A stretch of DNA of 64,000 nt, taken from Botryllus schlosseri (Eukaryota). The notes under the pieces are model-generated. The model was not told where the DNA came from, made no database searches, and saw nothing but the letters and a program-made list of their open reading frames with translations. A program made the translations under genes and the position numbers. Location of the stretch: the NCBI GenBank assembly GCA_051294905.1, contig CM119373.1, forward strand, positions 5,706,001-5,770,000. The letters run 5' to 3'. Shown here piece by piece: positions 37,308 to 50,189 of this stretch (position 1 is its first letter; each line of letters begins with the position of its first letter).

Positions 37308-39788
37308 CTGAAAGGGTTGAAAGCCTATTTAACTCAAATCGATTCAAATGCCATAACTGGTGCCATACAATGTACCGGTAACAAACCGGTTTTCAAATAT
37401 CGGTAATATCGGTAAAATCGGTATCAGTAAATATCGGTATAATACAATAAGATGTGGATGCGAAATGTTGTCGAAGAGGTGACGGAAATTTTTTGACTTG
37501 AATGCATGAACCTATTGATTCACGTAGGCCTACTAGTTTTAAGGAGTCAATCAATGCTCAATATAGAACAGACCAGGGCTAAATACGGTCCGCGACGGGA
37601 TTCAGAGCGGCCTGTAATAAGCTCCTTGGAATTTTGAACATTAAATTTAATTTCGAATGGTTATAATGAGTGGGCAAAAACCCGAACCCTAACTAAAAAC
37701 TGAACCTGAAATGCGTGTACTTTTAAGCCTGTGACGAACGTACAGAACCTATACATACGTCGTATACGTATTCCATATTCAAAATAAAGTAAAACATAGT
37801 TAGGTATATTAGTGACGTGCGGTGAGGTTCATGGCTGGTGAGGCACGCCCCCCCCCCACATAAACACACACACAAACACGCACGCACGTAACAATAGCAA
37901 CGGGTATAGAGACCCTCTCTTTGCACACTGATAGCCGTTGCAATTCCATATTCTACAATACATGTAGGACTGGTCGCTATTGTGCTAAATGGGCAAGTTT
38001 AGATGGATAGTAATTACCTTCTCTTCAAGTACAGGTATAAATTACTCGAAGCACATGAAAAGAGCGTCCTGTTACTAATTTTTTCAGTAAAAAACACTAG
38101 TTTTGCCGAATTTCGAAAGAAAATGCACTAGGACACCAGGTCCAGACATGGGGTGATTACTTCATGAATGTAATCGATTGCGATTACGATTACTTCCGAA
38201 TGACGCGATTACGACTACGATTACGATTACAGCAAAATCAGCAAGTAGTCGATTACGATTACGATTACATTGGAAAAGTAATCACGATTACTCACGATTA
38301 CATTTATTTTGCATCTTAGAGATTACATTGGAAGACAATATATGGATTGCGCTGAAAAGGCCTAATGAGATGACAAACTTCCTTGAAAAAGATGCGTCAT
38401 TTGCTTGTTACGTCATAATGTACATATTGCCCATTTTTATAATGGACGATTAATCGCACCCAGCGATTTGCATTCTTGCCAGGTCAATGACTATGGTACC
38501 CCATATTTCCCAATAGGGTGGGAAGCGAGCTTGAAAGGGACTGAAAAGTATTTCGTAAACCAACATAAATTATAGAGTATTTTCGAGATATTTAATTAAC
38601 TTGAAAATTGTGTTTTTTCAAGTTGTAAAATTATGCCATATTTGTGTAATGCTTTCGAAAAAACATGTTGTATGAGCCTACGGACAATTGCCGCTCGATT
38701 TAGCCGACATACATCGATATAGGTGGGTTGGAACCCCTCAAAATAGTCGGTTCAACACTTATATTAAAGATATTTCGTCAAAGAAGCTATATTTACCCAA
38801 TATTTTCAATTGTCAATGTCAATTCACATTCGTGACGTCATTGCCTAAAAAAGAAACAATAAAAAACATGTTTTAAACAATGGCCGTCTTTTAAACATGT
38901 TTGCTTTAAATTGATTTTTGTTTTAAAAGCAGCCCTAATTTATAGTAATAGGGATTTAGGTTCCAATCAATAACGTGACACGACACACCAAAGACATATG
39001 CAGTTTCAACCAACACGCGACTTCACGAAGTGTGCTACTAAAGAAAGACCTTGGCCCAAACCTAGGGTATGTGCCCATTGTCAATCGCCGCGCTGGGTGG
39101 GCGTGACTAATAGTTTGGTCCTTCCAATCTGAGCCCACAATGCAAATGCCACTCCTGGGCACCCACAGAGCATTAAAGACATGACAATTTGTGTGTGCGT
39201 CTAACGAAAGTCTGCTTTTAGTCTGCTACGTTTTGGATACAACAATATCTTTTGATTATATAGCATACCGAATGCCATGAATCAACAACATACACCAAAT
39301 TAATTATAACAAGATACCAGACGTAAATCTGACCATCGGGTGCAGAGAGAGGATTAAAAATTAATAATAATATAATGCAATTACCAATGTTATTGACGGC
39401 ATTCAGTCTTCAACTTGAAAATATCACCCTATGGGGCCAAAGACCAACGTTTGGACTGGGAGACGAATTGCTGTTTTGGTTCTGATTCTAGCTATATCCC
39501 ACGCTAACATGATATATAAGCCCATCGCTATGACGGCAGGTCCCTATGTTGAGTAAAGGATAGTAAAATAACGATTGGCGCCCGTTTCAAGTAGAGTCAT
39601 ATGAGAATAAGATGAAGAGAACATAAAACTCTGCTTTCAACTTAATACAGATAATGTACTACAAGCGGCCGTTACGAAAAACGGCAAAAACGGCTCGGTT
39701 ATGATATTAAACAGTAGCTGTTGATGTTTACTGCTTCGTATTATTTGACGAGTACAAAATTTCAAATCTTTGTCCGGTGTACGTACAT

Positions 39789-42700
39789 TAGGGTTGTTCA
39801 GAATTGACCGACTTTCAAAAAGTCTAGGTTTTCAGTCCGTTTTCCATGCCTTAAACCTTAAAAACAAATTCTGGCAACTTTTTTTTGTAATTCATCCCCT
39901 GCATCCGTGTGCACATTGCCGTTTTCTCATGCACCCAAAAATTTCTTCGGAATTAGGGGATTCCCCCGTAGTCAGTGACTCGACAGGAATGGCGTGTGTT
40001 CTCATTGACGTGACGCGTATGTTCTAGCGGTGAGCACGGCTGTGAAACGGGGATCATTGATTAGTCAGGTGCCTTGCTGCTTTGTTGTTGATGGACTGTG
40101 TTTACGATTTAGGTGCAGGACTTATCAGGCGGCGTTTTGACTCATGCTATTAGCGAGTTTAGCGCGTGATTAATGAACATAGTATTAGAGCAGTATACAA
40201 CTATTTGATGTAATAGACCTGATACTCTTTTCCTTTCTACTGGGATAGAAACAAAGCTTGCAAATGTCTATACCAGTGACTGGGGAAAACCGCCAGTCGG
40301 TTGCTCTAAATTATTTGTTATATCCCAAGATATCAATATACTGGTATGAGTTTTTCCAATTTAGGAATAACTATATTCGATAATCTATAACTGTATCTAA
40401 TCTGGCTACTCCTGTGCAAGTTATGTAGTATGTGTTCGACCTAAAACTCTAAAAGAACTGAAATGTTTTCCACTATTCTTTGTTGCTTGACTGAGTTTAT
40501 GTATATCTGTTTTTCTAGGATTAGCTGTAGTGCGAAATGTCTGAAAAAAAAGAGAATCGTCATCTAGTGCAGCAGTAGCCTACCGAAGAAAACTAGAAGA
40601 ACACGATCGCAGACACAGCATTTCTTAGTTGGGCCATCTGAGGAAGCCATTACGGGATCGAAGTTGCCCACTCTGAGGCAAGTTATGCAATATGTGCTAC
40701 CTGAGAGAGCATTCATTTTTAAAAAATGAACCAGTCAAGTCACACATCCAGATCGCAGTAGATGAAGTGGTCGGTTTTTGGTTACTTGCTGGCATAAAGA
40801 CTATCACAAAAGTCAATGCCACTAAAAGATTGGAAACAGTATGGAAACAATGGCTGTCACTAAGGAAAACTGCAGGCCGGCAACATGTATCAAAAAAACA
40901 AAGCGACTTTGAAGCCAAACTGAGTAAGCTATAAGATATAGGAGCCCCTGACGCGATAGCGACAATTGAAGCAAGTAGACTTCTTTCTGACGATAAAAAA
41001 CGTGAAGACATTGCATTTTATCAGGATCAAAGGGGTCCGAGATTAGCAACGATCGGTGGCAAAGATAAAGTGTTGAAAGCGAAAATCATGCAACAAAAGA
41101 GACGGACCATGAGTGCAAGAGAGTCTGCACCAGCATCAAGTAGCGAAGGTGAATTTACAGAGAGCTCATCTATATCTTCACAGGTAGCTGACACTTCTCA
41201 CAGCACTGATTTTGAACTTGCACAGTCGACATCTGGTCATTCCGCTAAATTTGTGACTCTAAAAGCTCCTGTAAACCTATTCAGCGACGAAGACCTATGC
41301 CAGGTTTTTGATCGCTTGAAAGTCAGTGATAATGTCGCTACCATGATAACTGCAGCACTGATTAAAGCTTGCGATGGCAACCCTAATGACTTCCATCTTT
41401 CAAGATCTGGGACCTATCGACGACGCATTGCAAATCGTTTGAAAATTTCCGAATCTATCTTTGAAAAAATATCCACCAATCCACCAGAGCACATTGCATT
41501 GCACTGGGATGGAAAGCTCACTATGAGTCGTCTAGGATATCAATTTGAGGCCTTGGCAGTGCTCGCATCGTCTGCGTATTCCGGCGCATTTAAGAAAGGG
41601 AAACTTCTTGGCATTCAAACTCTGGAAAGTGCTACAGGAAAAGCACAGGCTGATGAATCATTTGAACTGCTGGAACTTTGGAATTTAACAAAATCTGTTA
41701 GAGCTCTTGTGTTTGACACAACATCCTCAAACACTGGTAAAAACAAAGGTGCGGTTCCGTTACTTGAAGAATTGATTAACAGGAAAGTTTTCTACAATGC
41801 CTGTCGCCATCATATTTATGAACTTGTCATTCGAGAGGTTTGGAAGTGTTTGTTTGGATCGACAACCACAGGCCCTGAAAACACGGATTTTAATACCTTC
41901 AAGAAGAAGTGAAAACATATTGATAAATCAAGAAGCTATAAAACGCTGAAGTTTATTGAAGGCAGCTGGTTGGCGACGAAAGCTGATGAAGCAAAGCAAG
42001 AAATAATTCCACTGATGGAAAGCAGAAAGAAGTCTTGATAAGAGATGACTACAGAGAATGTGCAACAGGCACCTTGGCGATTTTGGATGACAAATATGTT
42101 GATCATCGTTTTCGCAAGCCTGGTGCTACTCATAGCGCTAGATGGATGAGTCAAGTCCTGTACTGTCAAGAAATGTTCATGTGGAGTGAGCAAATGGACT
42201 ATTCTGAAGAGTTCATTGAAAAGTTGGAACGAATCAATACATTCATTGCTTTGTTTTATGTTCCAGCTTGGTTGAAAACTGGTATTGCATGTGACGCACC
42301 TTGGAATGATCTCAAATTCCTTCATGACATGAAAAACTTTTCATTATGCGATCTCACTGTTGCTGATGTGGCATACAAGAAATTGCGAAAACATCATTGG
42401 TATCTAACTGAGGAAATGGTGGTATTTACCATGTTCTCGGCTAATTCAAAGATTACTGACAAACTGAAGGAAGCGATGGCTGCTAAATTGATGAAAATGC
42501 CAATCCCTGAAAAATTTCGCTGAGGTATGCCTCTCAGTCTGATCTCTGTCTCTGAGTCAATGAGTATGGTCGATTTGATTGGGCCAGAATCGTGGTTTCT
42601 ATTTGATGCTATACATGTGGAACATGATTGGTTGAGTCTTCCAGTTTCGGAATGGCATACTGATCCGGATTTCGTGACTGCTCAAGAATTTGTGAATACT

Positions 42701-43398
42701 GTTGAAGTAGTTAATGATGCAGCAGAGCGTATGGTAAAATTGAATACCGACTATGCTGCGTTCATAACGGATGACAAAAAGCAGCGAGCGAGCCTCCTAC
42801 AAGCTGTGGAAGATCACCGGAACAGATATGCAAATTTCTCGAAAGCAACCATTTCATCCACCTGATTTATGTAATATTTTGCCAAGTTGATCTCTTTCTT
42901 TGCCTTATTTTTTCGTTTCCTGTGATGTTTATTATGTGGCTGTGAGTGGATGTTACATTTACAGTTGTATTCTTGCACATGGGGATCCAGGAAATTGATG
43001 AACAGTGCCGGGTAGGTTTGAGGGGTGTAGGATATGTGATCCAACAAAATGACTATCAGTTTTAGGTAGTTTTGAGCAGTTCTAAGGCAGTGTGGGACAT
43101 GGAAATGATATCCTGAACTAGGAATGCCTTATATAGTGGGGTTTTGTAGCACTCCAAACCGCAACAGCTGCATAAATCCATGTTATATGTCAATTTAACT
43201 AGGCTAGGAAAAATCGTGACACTCATATTTTAGGGGAATCCCCTATTTTCAGCTGCTATTCTTCCAGCTCAATGTGCACACGGACGCAGGGGACGAGTTA
43301 CAAAAAAAGTAGCCAGAATATGTTTTTAAGGTATAAGGCATGGGAATCGGACTGGAAACCTGGACTTTTTGAAAGTCGGTCAATTCTGAACAACCCTA
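39789..43398 (+). mobile_element. Full-length hATm-type DNA transposon (3.6 kb), inactivated
   Basis: Long imperfect TIRs starting TAGGGTTGTTCAGAATTGACCGACTTTCAAAAAG; perfect TSD ACGTACAT; transposase relic inside. Confidence 0.95.
40537..42865 (+). pseudogene. hATm-family DDE transposase pseudogene
   Basis: Motifs ITGSKLPTLRQV, LHWDGKL, VFDTTSSNTG, ACRHHIYEL, HSARWM, HHWYLTEE, VVNDAAER. In-frame stops at 40932-40934, 41910-41912 and 42521-42523, plus frameshifts near 40550-40590, 40695 and 42015. Confidence 0.9.
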
Positions 43399-44562
43399 AC
43401 GTACATGCGTACTACATGGGCCTACTGCTCGCCAATCAGTAACGGTCAGACTGCGTCTAACTAAGCATAACCAAACATCAATACACAAGTTACTATTTTA
43501 AACTAGGCAAGTGGTGATTAATTATCCTGCTGCTGTGTACTATATGGCGTGTGGAACGTGTTGATAAGCTGATAAACAGCACGGCGGGTGTTCTTACAAT
43601 CACACTAATGTACTACATCGGATATCTATTTACTGTGATTAATTGTTACGCAATGACTAGCAAAGCTAATAGGCTACTTCTGACGTAATAATGAGCAATT
43701 GCATTTGAAAATAAGACGTTTGTGCTATCCCGTAACTGGTATAACATCTCTTCCTTGTTCACGAATATTCAGTTCATTTCATAGTCCTTGTACAAATAAA
43801 AAGTAGTCGTTCTTTCACAAAAAAATCGATTAGATATGGGAAGTAGTCGATTACGATTACGATTACTTCGGAATGTTTTCGAATGTAATCGATTGCGATT
43901 ACGATTACTTGAAAATGCTGTAATCGTCGTAATCGATTACGATTACTAATCGTGATTACCCCATGTCTGACCAGGTCAAGTCAAAATACACTAGATCTAG
44001 TGTAAAAACATGTAGGAGTGTCACCACTGACCACAAACAACGACAACGCAGCCTATATGTAAGTATAGCTATCAAATACCACAATTAAGGGTTCTAGTTA
44101 TTGCAGTCGAACACAGCATAAAGGACATAAACAACGACAATGCAGCCTATGCAAGTAGCTATCACATACCACAATTTAACGTAGCTATGGATGGAAAATA
44201 CATAAGAGCTACATAAGTAAGGGAATGTATTGGCTCCGCATTGCGTATTGGCCGTCGCTACTATATAATTCCTACAAGACTGTTGAATTCCGAAATCGAT
44301 AGCGTGTTTCACTGCGCTTCGATTGTCCATTTGTTAGCGAATAGTGCATTAGGCGGATTCGTTTGTGCCTCACCTGGCTATTGTTTCTCTGCGATGGCAT
44401 TGTCTGTAATTAAGCCGAATGCCAGCTTCATTGGCGATTTGGGGGGGTTCTGGTGCTCTGGCACTGTTAATATTTGGATTTTCGGAATCAGCCTGACGAT
44501 AGCAATTGATTGATGCCAGTTATTATGAATTCCGAGCTATTTACGATGAATTGCATTGTCGC

Positions 44563-44797
44563 AGGTGAGGCACGACCCGCCCTGTGCCTCACCTTTCCTT
44601 TCGCGCTGTATTTTTGAACCATAATTATGCAAATTGATGATGTTGGGTGAAAAAATGTTCAAATTTAGTTATTTAGGAACATCGATGTACAATAATAATA
44701 ATCATCGACTCATGGAGGGTTTTCACGATTTTCACTTTCCCACCCATACGACAGGTGAGGCTCTGCCTCACCTGCACCATTGGACCTCACGTCACTG
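44563..44797. mobile_element. Small MITE relic (GGTGAGGC/GCCTCACC motifs)
   Basis: Ends in CCTCACGTCACTG; a related left-end fragment TAGTGACGTGCGGTGAGG lies at ~37810. Confidence 0.55.
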
Positions 44798-45949
44798 AGG
44801 TATATGCGGTAGAATGGTGCGCTTTTAATTATCCACGTGTTATTGCAGCAAGTGCAGTATGGGTGCATGCCGCAACCTTATCAATAGAAATACACATCCC
44901 AAAGGTTTGAAATTCGATCCGCGGTATAATTGTGCTCAATAGAGTTCGTTCAGCAATGAACTTTAATGGAGCATAGAAGGTTCCCGTTCAAACTACTCGA
45001 ATAAATTTAGAAGTTCCGCCACCGAGAACCTCGTGTTGCATCAATATTTGACAACGTAATTCAACGCCGTGCACTGCACAATGCGCAGTATTAATAACAA
45101 ATCAGACACTGACAAGTGACACCGACGGAATACGAGTGTATAAAGCAGACAGGAATTAGTAGCCTATACAGATGATAGCAAACGAGAAAGCACGCATCTA
45201 ATCAGTAATTCATCCACCTGCGTACAGCACAATGGGGTTCCAAGTCTGACATCAAGAAAATTGTTTGCTCATTATAACGACGTTTAAGCTGCATTGTTGC
45301 ATTTCCAGATAAAACTTGGCAAAGTCTTGTCAGAGTAATGAATATGTTCAGTTTGCACAGGAAAGACTTTCAATTCGCAGACATACACAAACACACTGTC
45401 CCATTTCGCGCTCCAAGCCTCCAAATTAAGGAGACCATCACGGACTTAACTCAAGAATTATTTTGTGAACGAATATGGGCTCAAATACAATTTAATTAGG
45501 GGAAGGAGAACCTGAATAATTCGCTTGTCTGGTCGAGAGAGAAGATTGTGTTTCTCAGCGCCAGCGTGTCGAAATCGACGCCGTAAACGAGGTTGCTTCG
45601 ATTATCTGATTACCAATAATCACGGATTACAATTTATTGGGGCTGCGTCACACCGCTACCCTGTAACTCGGTGCCTATAGCCGTAACGATTCAAGTTGCA
45701 AGTCTCCATTTCCATATTCAAGTTCAAATCTTGTTTGTTGCCATTGATTATTACATAAGGAATGACAAGGTCTGTTCTTCAAACTGGTACGTCATACGTT
45801 TCCAATTGTGGCGAGATATCGTAGCGGTATAATCCACTGCTGCAACACCAATGGGTTGCGGGTTCAAGTTCGACAATTGCTTTCAAAGGTATCTTTGAAT
45901 TACTAATTACAACTATAATAGGATTTTTATGTACCATCAATCACTGTTA

Positions 45950-48407
45950 AGGGTTGTTCAGAATTGATCGACTTTCAAAATGTCGTGGTTTTCAGTCCGA
46001 TTCCCATGCCTTATACCATAAAAACATATTCTAGGTACTTTTTTTCGTAATTCATCCCTTGCATCCGTGTGCACATTGAGCTGGAAGAATATCGGCTAAA
46101 AATAGGGGATTCCCCTAAAATTTGAGTGTCGCTATTAGGACTAGGCTAGTAAAACGTCATATATAAGCTGGTTTTATGTAGCTATTGCGGTTGGAGTGCT
46201 ACATAACCTCACTATAGAAAGTATTGTCAGTTCAGGACACCATTTTCATGTCCCACACTGCCTTAGAACTCCTCAAAACTGCCTAAGACTGATAGTCATT
46301 TTGTTGGATCACCTATCCTACACTTCTCAACCCTACCCGAGATTGTTCATCAATTGCCGGGATCACCACGTGCAAGAATACAACTGTAAATGCATCATTC
46401 ACTCACAGCCACATTATAAACATCACATTGCTCAAAGGAAACGAAACAAAAAGGCAAAGAAACAGATCAACTTGGCACATTGCATTGCACTGGGATGCAA
46501 AGCTCACTAGAAGTCGTTTCGGAGGGAAATTTGAGGCCTTGGCAGTGCTGGCATAGTCTGCGTATTCCAACGCATTTGAGAAAGGCAAACTTCTTGGCAA
46601 TCGAACTCTGGAGAGTGCTACAGGAAAAGCACAGGCTGATCTGTCATTTGAACTCCTGGAACTTAATAATTTAACAAATAATGTCAGAGCTCTTGTGTTT
46701 GACACAACACTATCAAACGATGGAAAAAATAAAGGTGCGGTTCTGTTACTTGAAGAATTGATAAACAGGAAAGTTTTCTACTTTCTACTTCTGCTTGTCG
46801 CCATCATAATTTATGAACTAGTCATCCGGGGAGGTGTGGAAGTGAAGTGTGTTTAGATCTGCGACCACAGGCCCTGAAAACTCAGATTTTAATACCTTCC
46901 AAGAAGTGGAAAGATATTGATCAATTAAGAAGCTCTAAAACACTTCAGTTTGATGAATGCAGCTGGTTGGCGATCAAAGCTGATGAAGCTAAGCAAGAAA
47001 TAATTCCACTGATGAAGCCATATAATGGAAAGCAGAAAGAAGTCTTGATAATAAATGACTACAGAGAATGTGCAACAGGCACCTTGGCGATTGTAGCTGC
47101 CCAATATATTGATAATCGTTTTCGCAAGCCTGGTGCTACTAATAGCACTGGATGGATGAGTCAAGTGCTGTACTGTAAAAAATGTTCATGTGGAGAGAGC
47201 AAATGGGCTATTCTGAAGAGTTCATCAGAAAGTTGTCCTGTTTTATGTCCCAGCTTGGTTGAAAACTGGTAATGCATGTGACGCACAGTATATTGATCTC
47301 AAATTCCTTCATGGCATGACAGACTTTTCATTGTGCGATTTCACAGTTGCTGATGTGGCATATAAAAAGATGCGAGAACATCATTGGCATCTCACCGAGG
47401 AAACGGTGGTATCAACAATGTTCTCGGCTAAACCAAAGATTCCTGACAAAGTGAAGGAAGCGATGGCTGCTAAATTGCTGTAAATGCCAATCCTTGAACA
47501 ATTTCGCAGAGGTAGGCTATACCTCTGAGTCTAATCTCTGACTCTGTCTCTGAGTCAATGAGTATGGTTGCTTTAATTGAACCGGAATCATGGTTTCTAT
47601 TCAATGCTATACATGTCGAACATGATTGGTTTAGTCTTCCAGTCTCGGAATGGCATACTGATTCGCATTTCGTGACTGCTCAAGAATTTGTGAGTAGCGT
47701 TGAAATAGTTAACGGCGCAGCAGAGCGTTTGGTGAAATTGAATACCGACTTTGATGCTTTCAAAACAGATGACAAAGAACAGTGAGCGAGCCTCTTACAA
47801 GCCGTGGAAGATAACGGCAACAGATATGCCGATTTCTCTAAAGCAACCATTTCATCCGGACCTGATTTAAATAGTATTTGCCAAGTTGATCTGTTTCTTT
47901 GCCTTTTTGTTTCGTTTCCTTTGAACAATGTGATGTTTATAATGTGGCTGTGAGTGAATGATACATTTACAGTTGTATTCTTGCACGTGGTGATCCCGGC
48001 AATTGATGAACAATCTCGGGTAGGGTTGAGAAGTGTAGGATAGGTGATCCAACAAAATGACTATCAGTCTTAGGCAGTTTTGAGGAGTTCTAAGGCAGTG
48101 TGGGACATGAAAATGGTGTCCTGAACTGACAATACTTTCTATAGTGAGGTTATGTAGCACTCCAACCGCAATAGCTACATAAAACCAGCTTATATATGAC
48201 GTTTTACTAGCCTAGTCCTAATAGCGACACTCAAATTTTAGGGGAATCCCCTATTTTTAGCCGATATTCTTCCAGCTCAATGTGCACACGGATGCAAGGG
48301 ATGAATTACGAAAAAAAGTACCTAGAATATGTTTTTATGGTATAAGGCATGGGAATCGGACTGAAAACCACAACATTTTGAAAGTCGATCAATTCTGAAC
48401 AACCCTA
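45950..48407 (+). mobile_element. hATm derivative with two right ends (528-bp near-perfect inverted arms) flanking a 5'-truncated transposase relic
   Basis: 45950-46477 is the reverse complement of 47879-48406; the interior 46478-47868 is homologous to 41490-42865. Confidence 0.92.
46478..47868 (+). pseudogene. Truncated, decayed hATm transposase
   Basis: ORF pieces 46847..47272, 47259..47483 and 47558..47785 match 41900-42865, with many stops and frameshifts. Confidence 0.88.
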
Positions 48408-50098
48408 CTGTTGGTATTAGTAACGATACAGATCAGGGGCGGTCAAACCGTGCGCCTCAGGTCAAATGTGGCCCGCCAGAAGGTTTTGCATGGCCTGCGA
48501 GGTAATTCTCGAAATTAGATATAACATCAGGTAAAATTGCAAGGCCAACCAATATTTGATTAGCCTGGCCGCGATATTTGATGATGACTAAAACATCAGC
48601 TTCGACGCCTTGACGTAACCAGGGGCCAGCCACATTCATCGCAGATCTTCGTACATGACCCTAAAGTAAAATATTCCGTAGCAGATTTATTTGATTGGAA
48701 AGTTTTCTTAGCACTTCGCATGATCTATTGTCACATTTCTTGCATTTAGTATTGTAACCCCTCCTGTAAATTAAAAATACGCGTAATTTATAGAATTGAG
48801 TACAACTATATACTCGCAATTAGGATATAAATTGTCGTCCGACAAGCGACTTCGCTTGAGCGCTCGAAGTGAGATCATAGGCGATTAAACATTTGCACAA
48901 AATGACAGAGGCATGTTGACCGATACCGTCGATATTGTTATGTCTAAAACGCCGAATAATTCTGCCCTTGCCAAATGAGCCCATTGCTATACAGAGGCTA
49001 CCCTAATATATGCAATTAATGTATTTATTGATCGAATTCTTTTATTACCTTTGAATAAATTTCGTGCTTCGCGCGACCAGGGCATGACTGCACATGCACA
49101 GTGCACACTGTACAGTTGCACACGGAGTTTTCATGACATAATTCTTATCAATTTTAATGCGTTGTCATATAGGTCTTGTTTTCAATGTTATACCTAATTC
49201 GGTTCGTTCCTATCGGACGACCAAAAAAAGGTATCAACATTCAAGTTGCCCGCGCAATGGTTCGTAAATCTCATGTGGCCCTTTGACCGAAAAGGTTGGC
49301 CACGCTTCACATAGATAAAATTGGACATTATTTGCAAATTTTTTCAGTTGCCTACGTGAAGAAAGAAGCAATATGCATCTTCGCGATGCTGTCACAAATT
49401 GATTCAATTTTTGAAATTATACCATGCATGACAGAGCAAAAATATCGTCTGGTTGTAAAATTGATGTAAATATAACCAAATGCTCCTTCTCACTTGACAA
49501 AATATTTATAGTGTAGCTTAGCTGCTTGGATCGAACAAATGATTCAGAAAGACTGCAAGTCCTAGTCCTTGAATACTTGGCTCAGTGCATGTAGATTAGA
49601 CATATGTTATTTGACTACTTCCTAAATTTCGTTTATGACCAATGTCTATTAGTAGTGAGAGTTTGTGTGTGCCTTTAATCAGTACAGTGTGTAATGAGAA
49701 AATTAGTAAGATGCATATCTGTATTAGTTGCTAACTCATACACAAGAGCAACAATTCGATTGTTTTATTTTTTTTTTAATTATACAGGTGTTTGAATGAT
49801 TCATACGTATTAGGTTATTAGAGAGTCCATGTTGTAAAAACTGATGAAACATGAAAAAAGAAAGGATATTTATAAAGGCAATCTTTCATGCATTGTGAAT
49901 TCGAGTTGTGCCGCAATTAAACAATTTTGCTTGCCATCGTTAATCATATGTTTGCATATGTTTATTGGTTCTATGATAGTCATTATTTAACCGTCACTTT
50001 GGCATATAATTTCCGAAGTAAATTGGTAATGCTGTTCGAGTCGGGGTCGGAGTCGGAGTCGGTAGGTTTAATAACTCAGGAGCCGGAGTCGGTACGTT
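48408..50098 (+). mobile_element. Second, diverged and truncated copy of the 17999-20109 composite (including nested MITE 48434-~49308)
   Basis: Collinear with 18275-20000, including the nested MITE after the same ATACAGAT site; ends in residual GGAGTC repeats. Its left continuation lies at 45918-45948, before the hATm insertion. Confidence 0.85.
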
Positions 50099-50189
50099 TG
50101 AACACCACTCACTTTTCCATGGCCATAGATATGATTGAGTTACCTGCTGGGCTCACTTAATTGAAATTATTCGGAAAGAACATGATATG

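Larger units (their letters stand above)
38143..43969. mobile_element. Non-autonomous hAT element with (GATTAC)n arrays, host of the hATm insertion
   Basis: TIR CAGACATGGGGT.AT.AC; perfect TSD ACCAGGTC. Confidence 0.9.

Noticed and set aside
41070..42865. Three separate genes, or programmed stop-codon readthrough, in the transposase
   Set aside because: The second copy has TGG and AGA at two of the stop positions and carries 13 bp missing near 42015, so these are ordinary inactivating mutations.
46196..48160. Twin ORFs 46196..46510 (+) and 47867..48160 (-) as duplicated genes
   Set aside because: They are antisense translations of the transposon's non-coding right end, present in both inverted arms.
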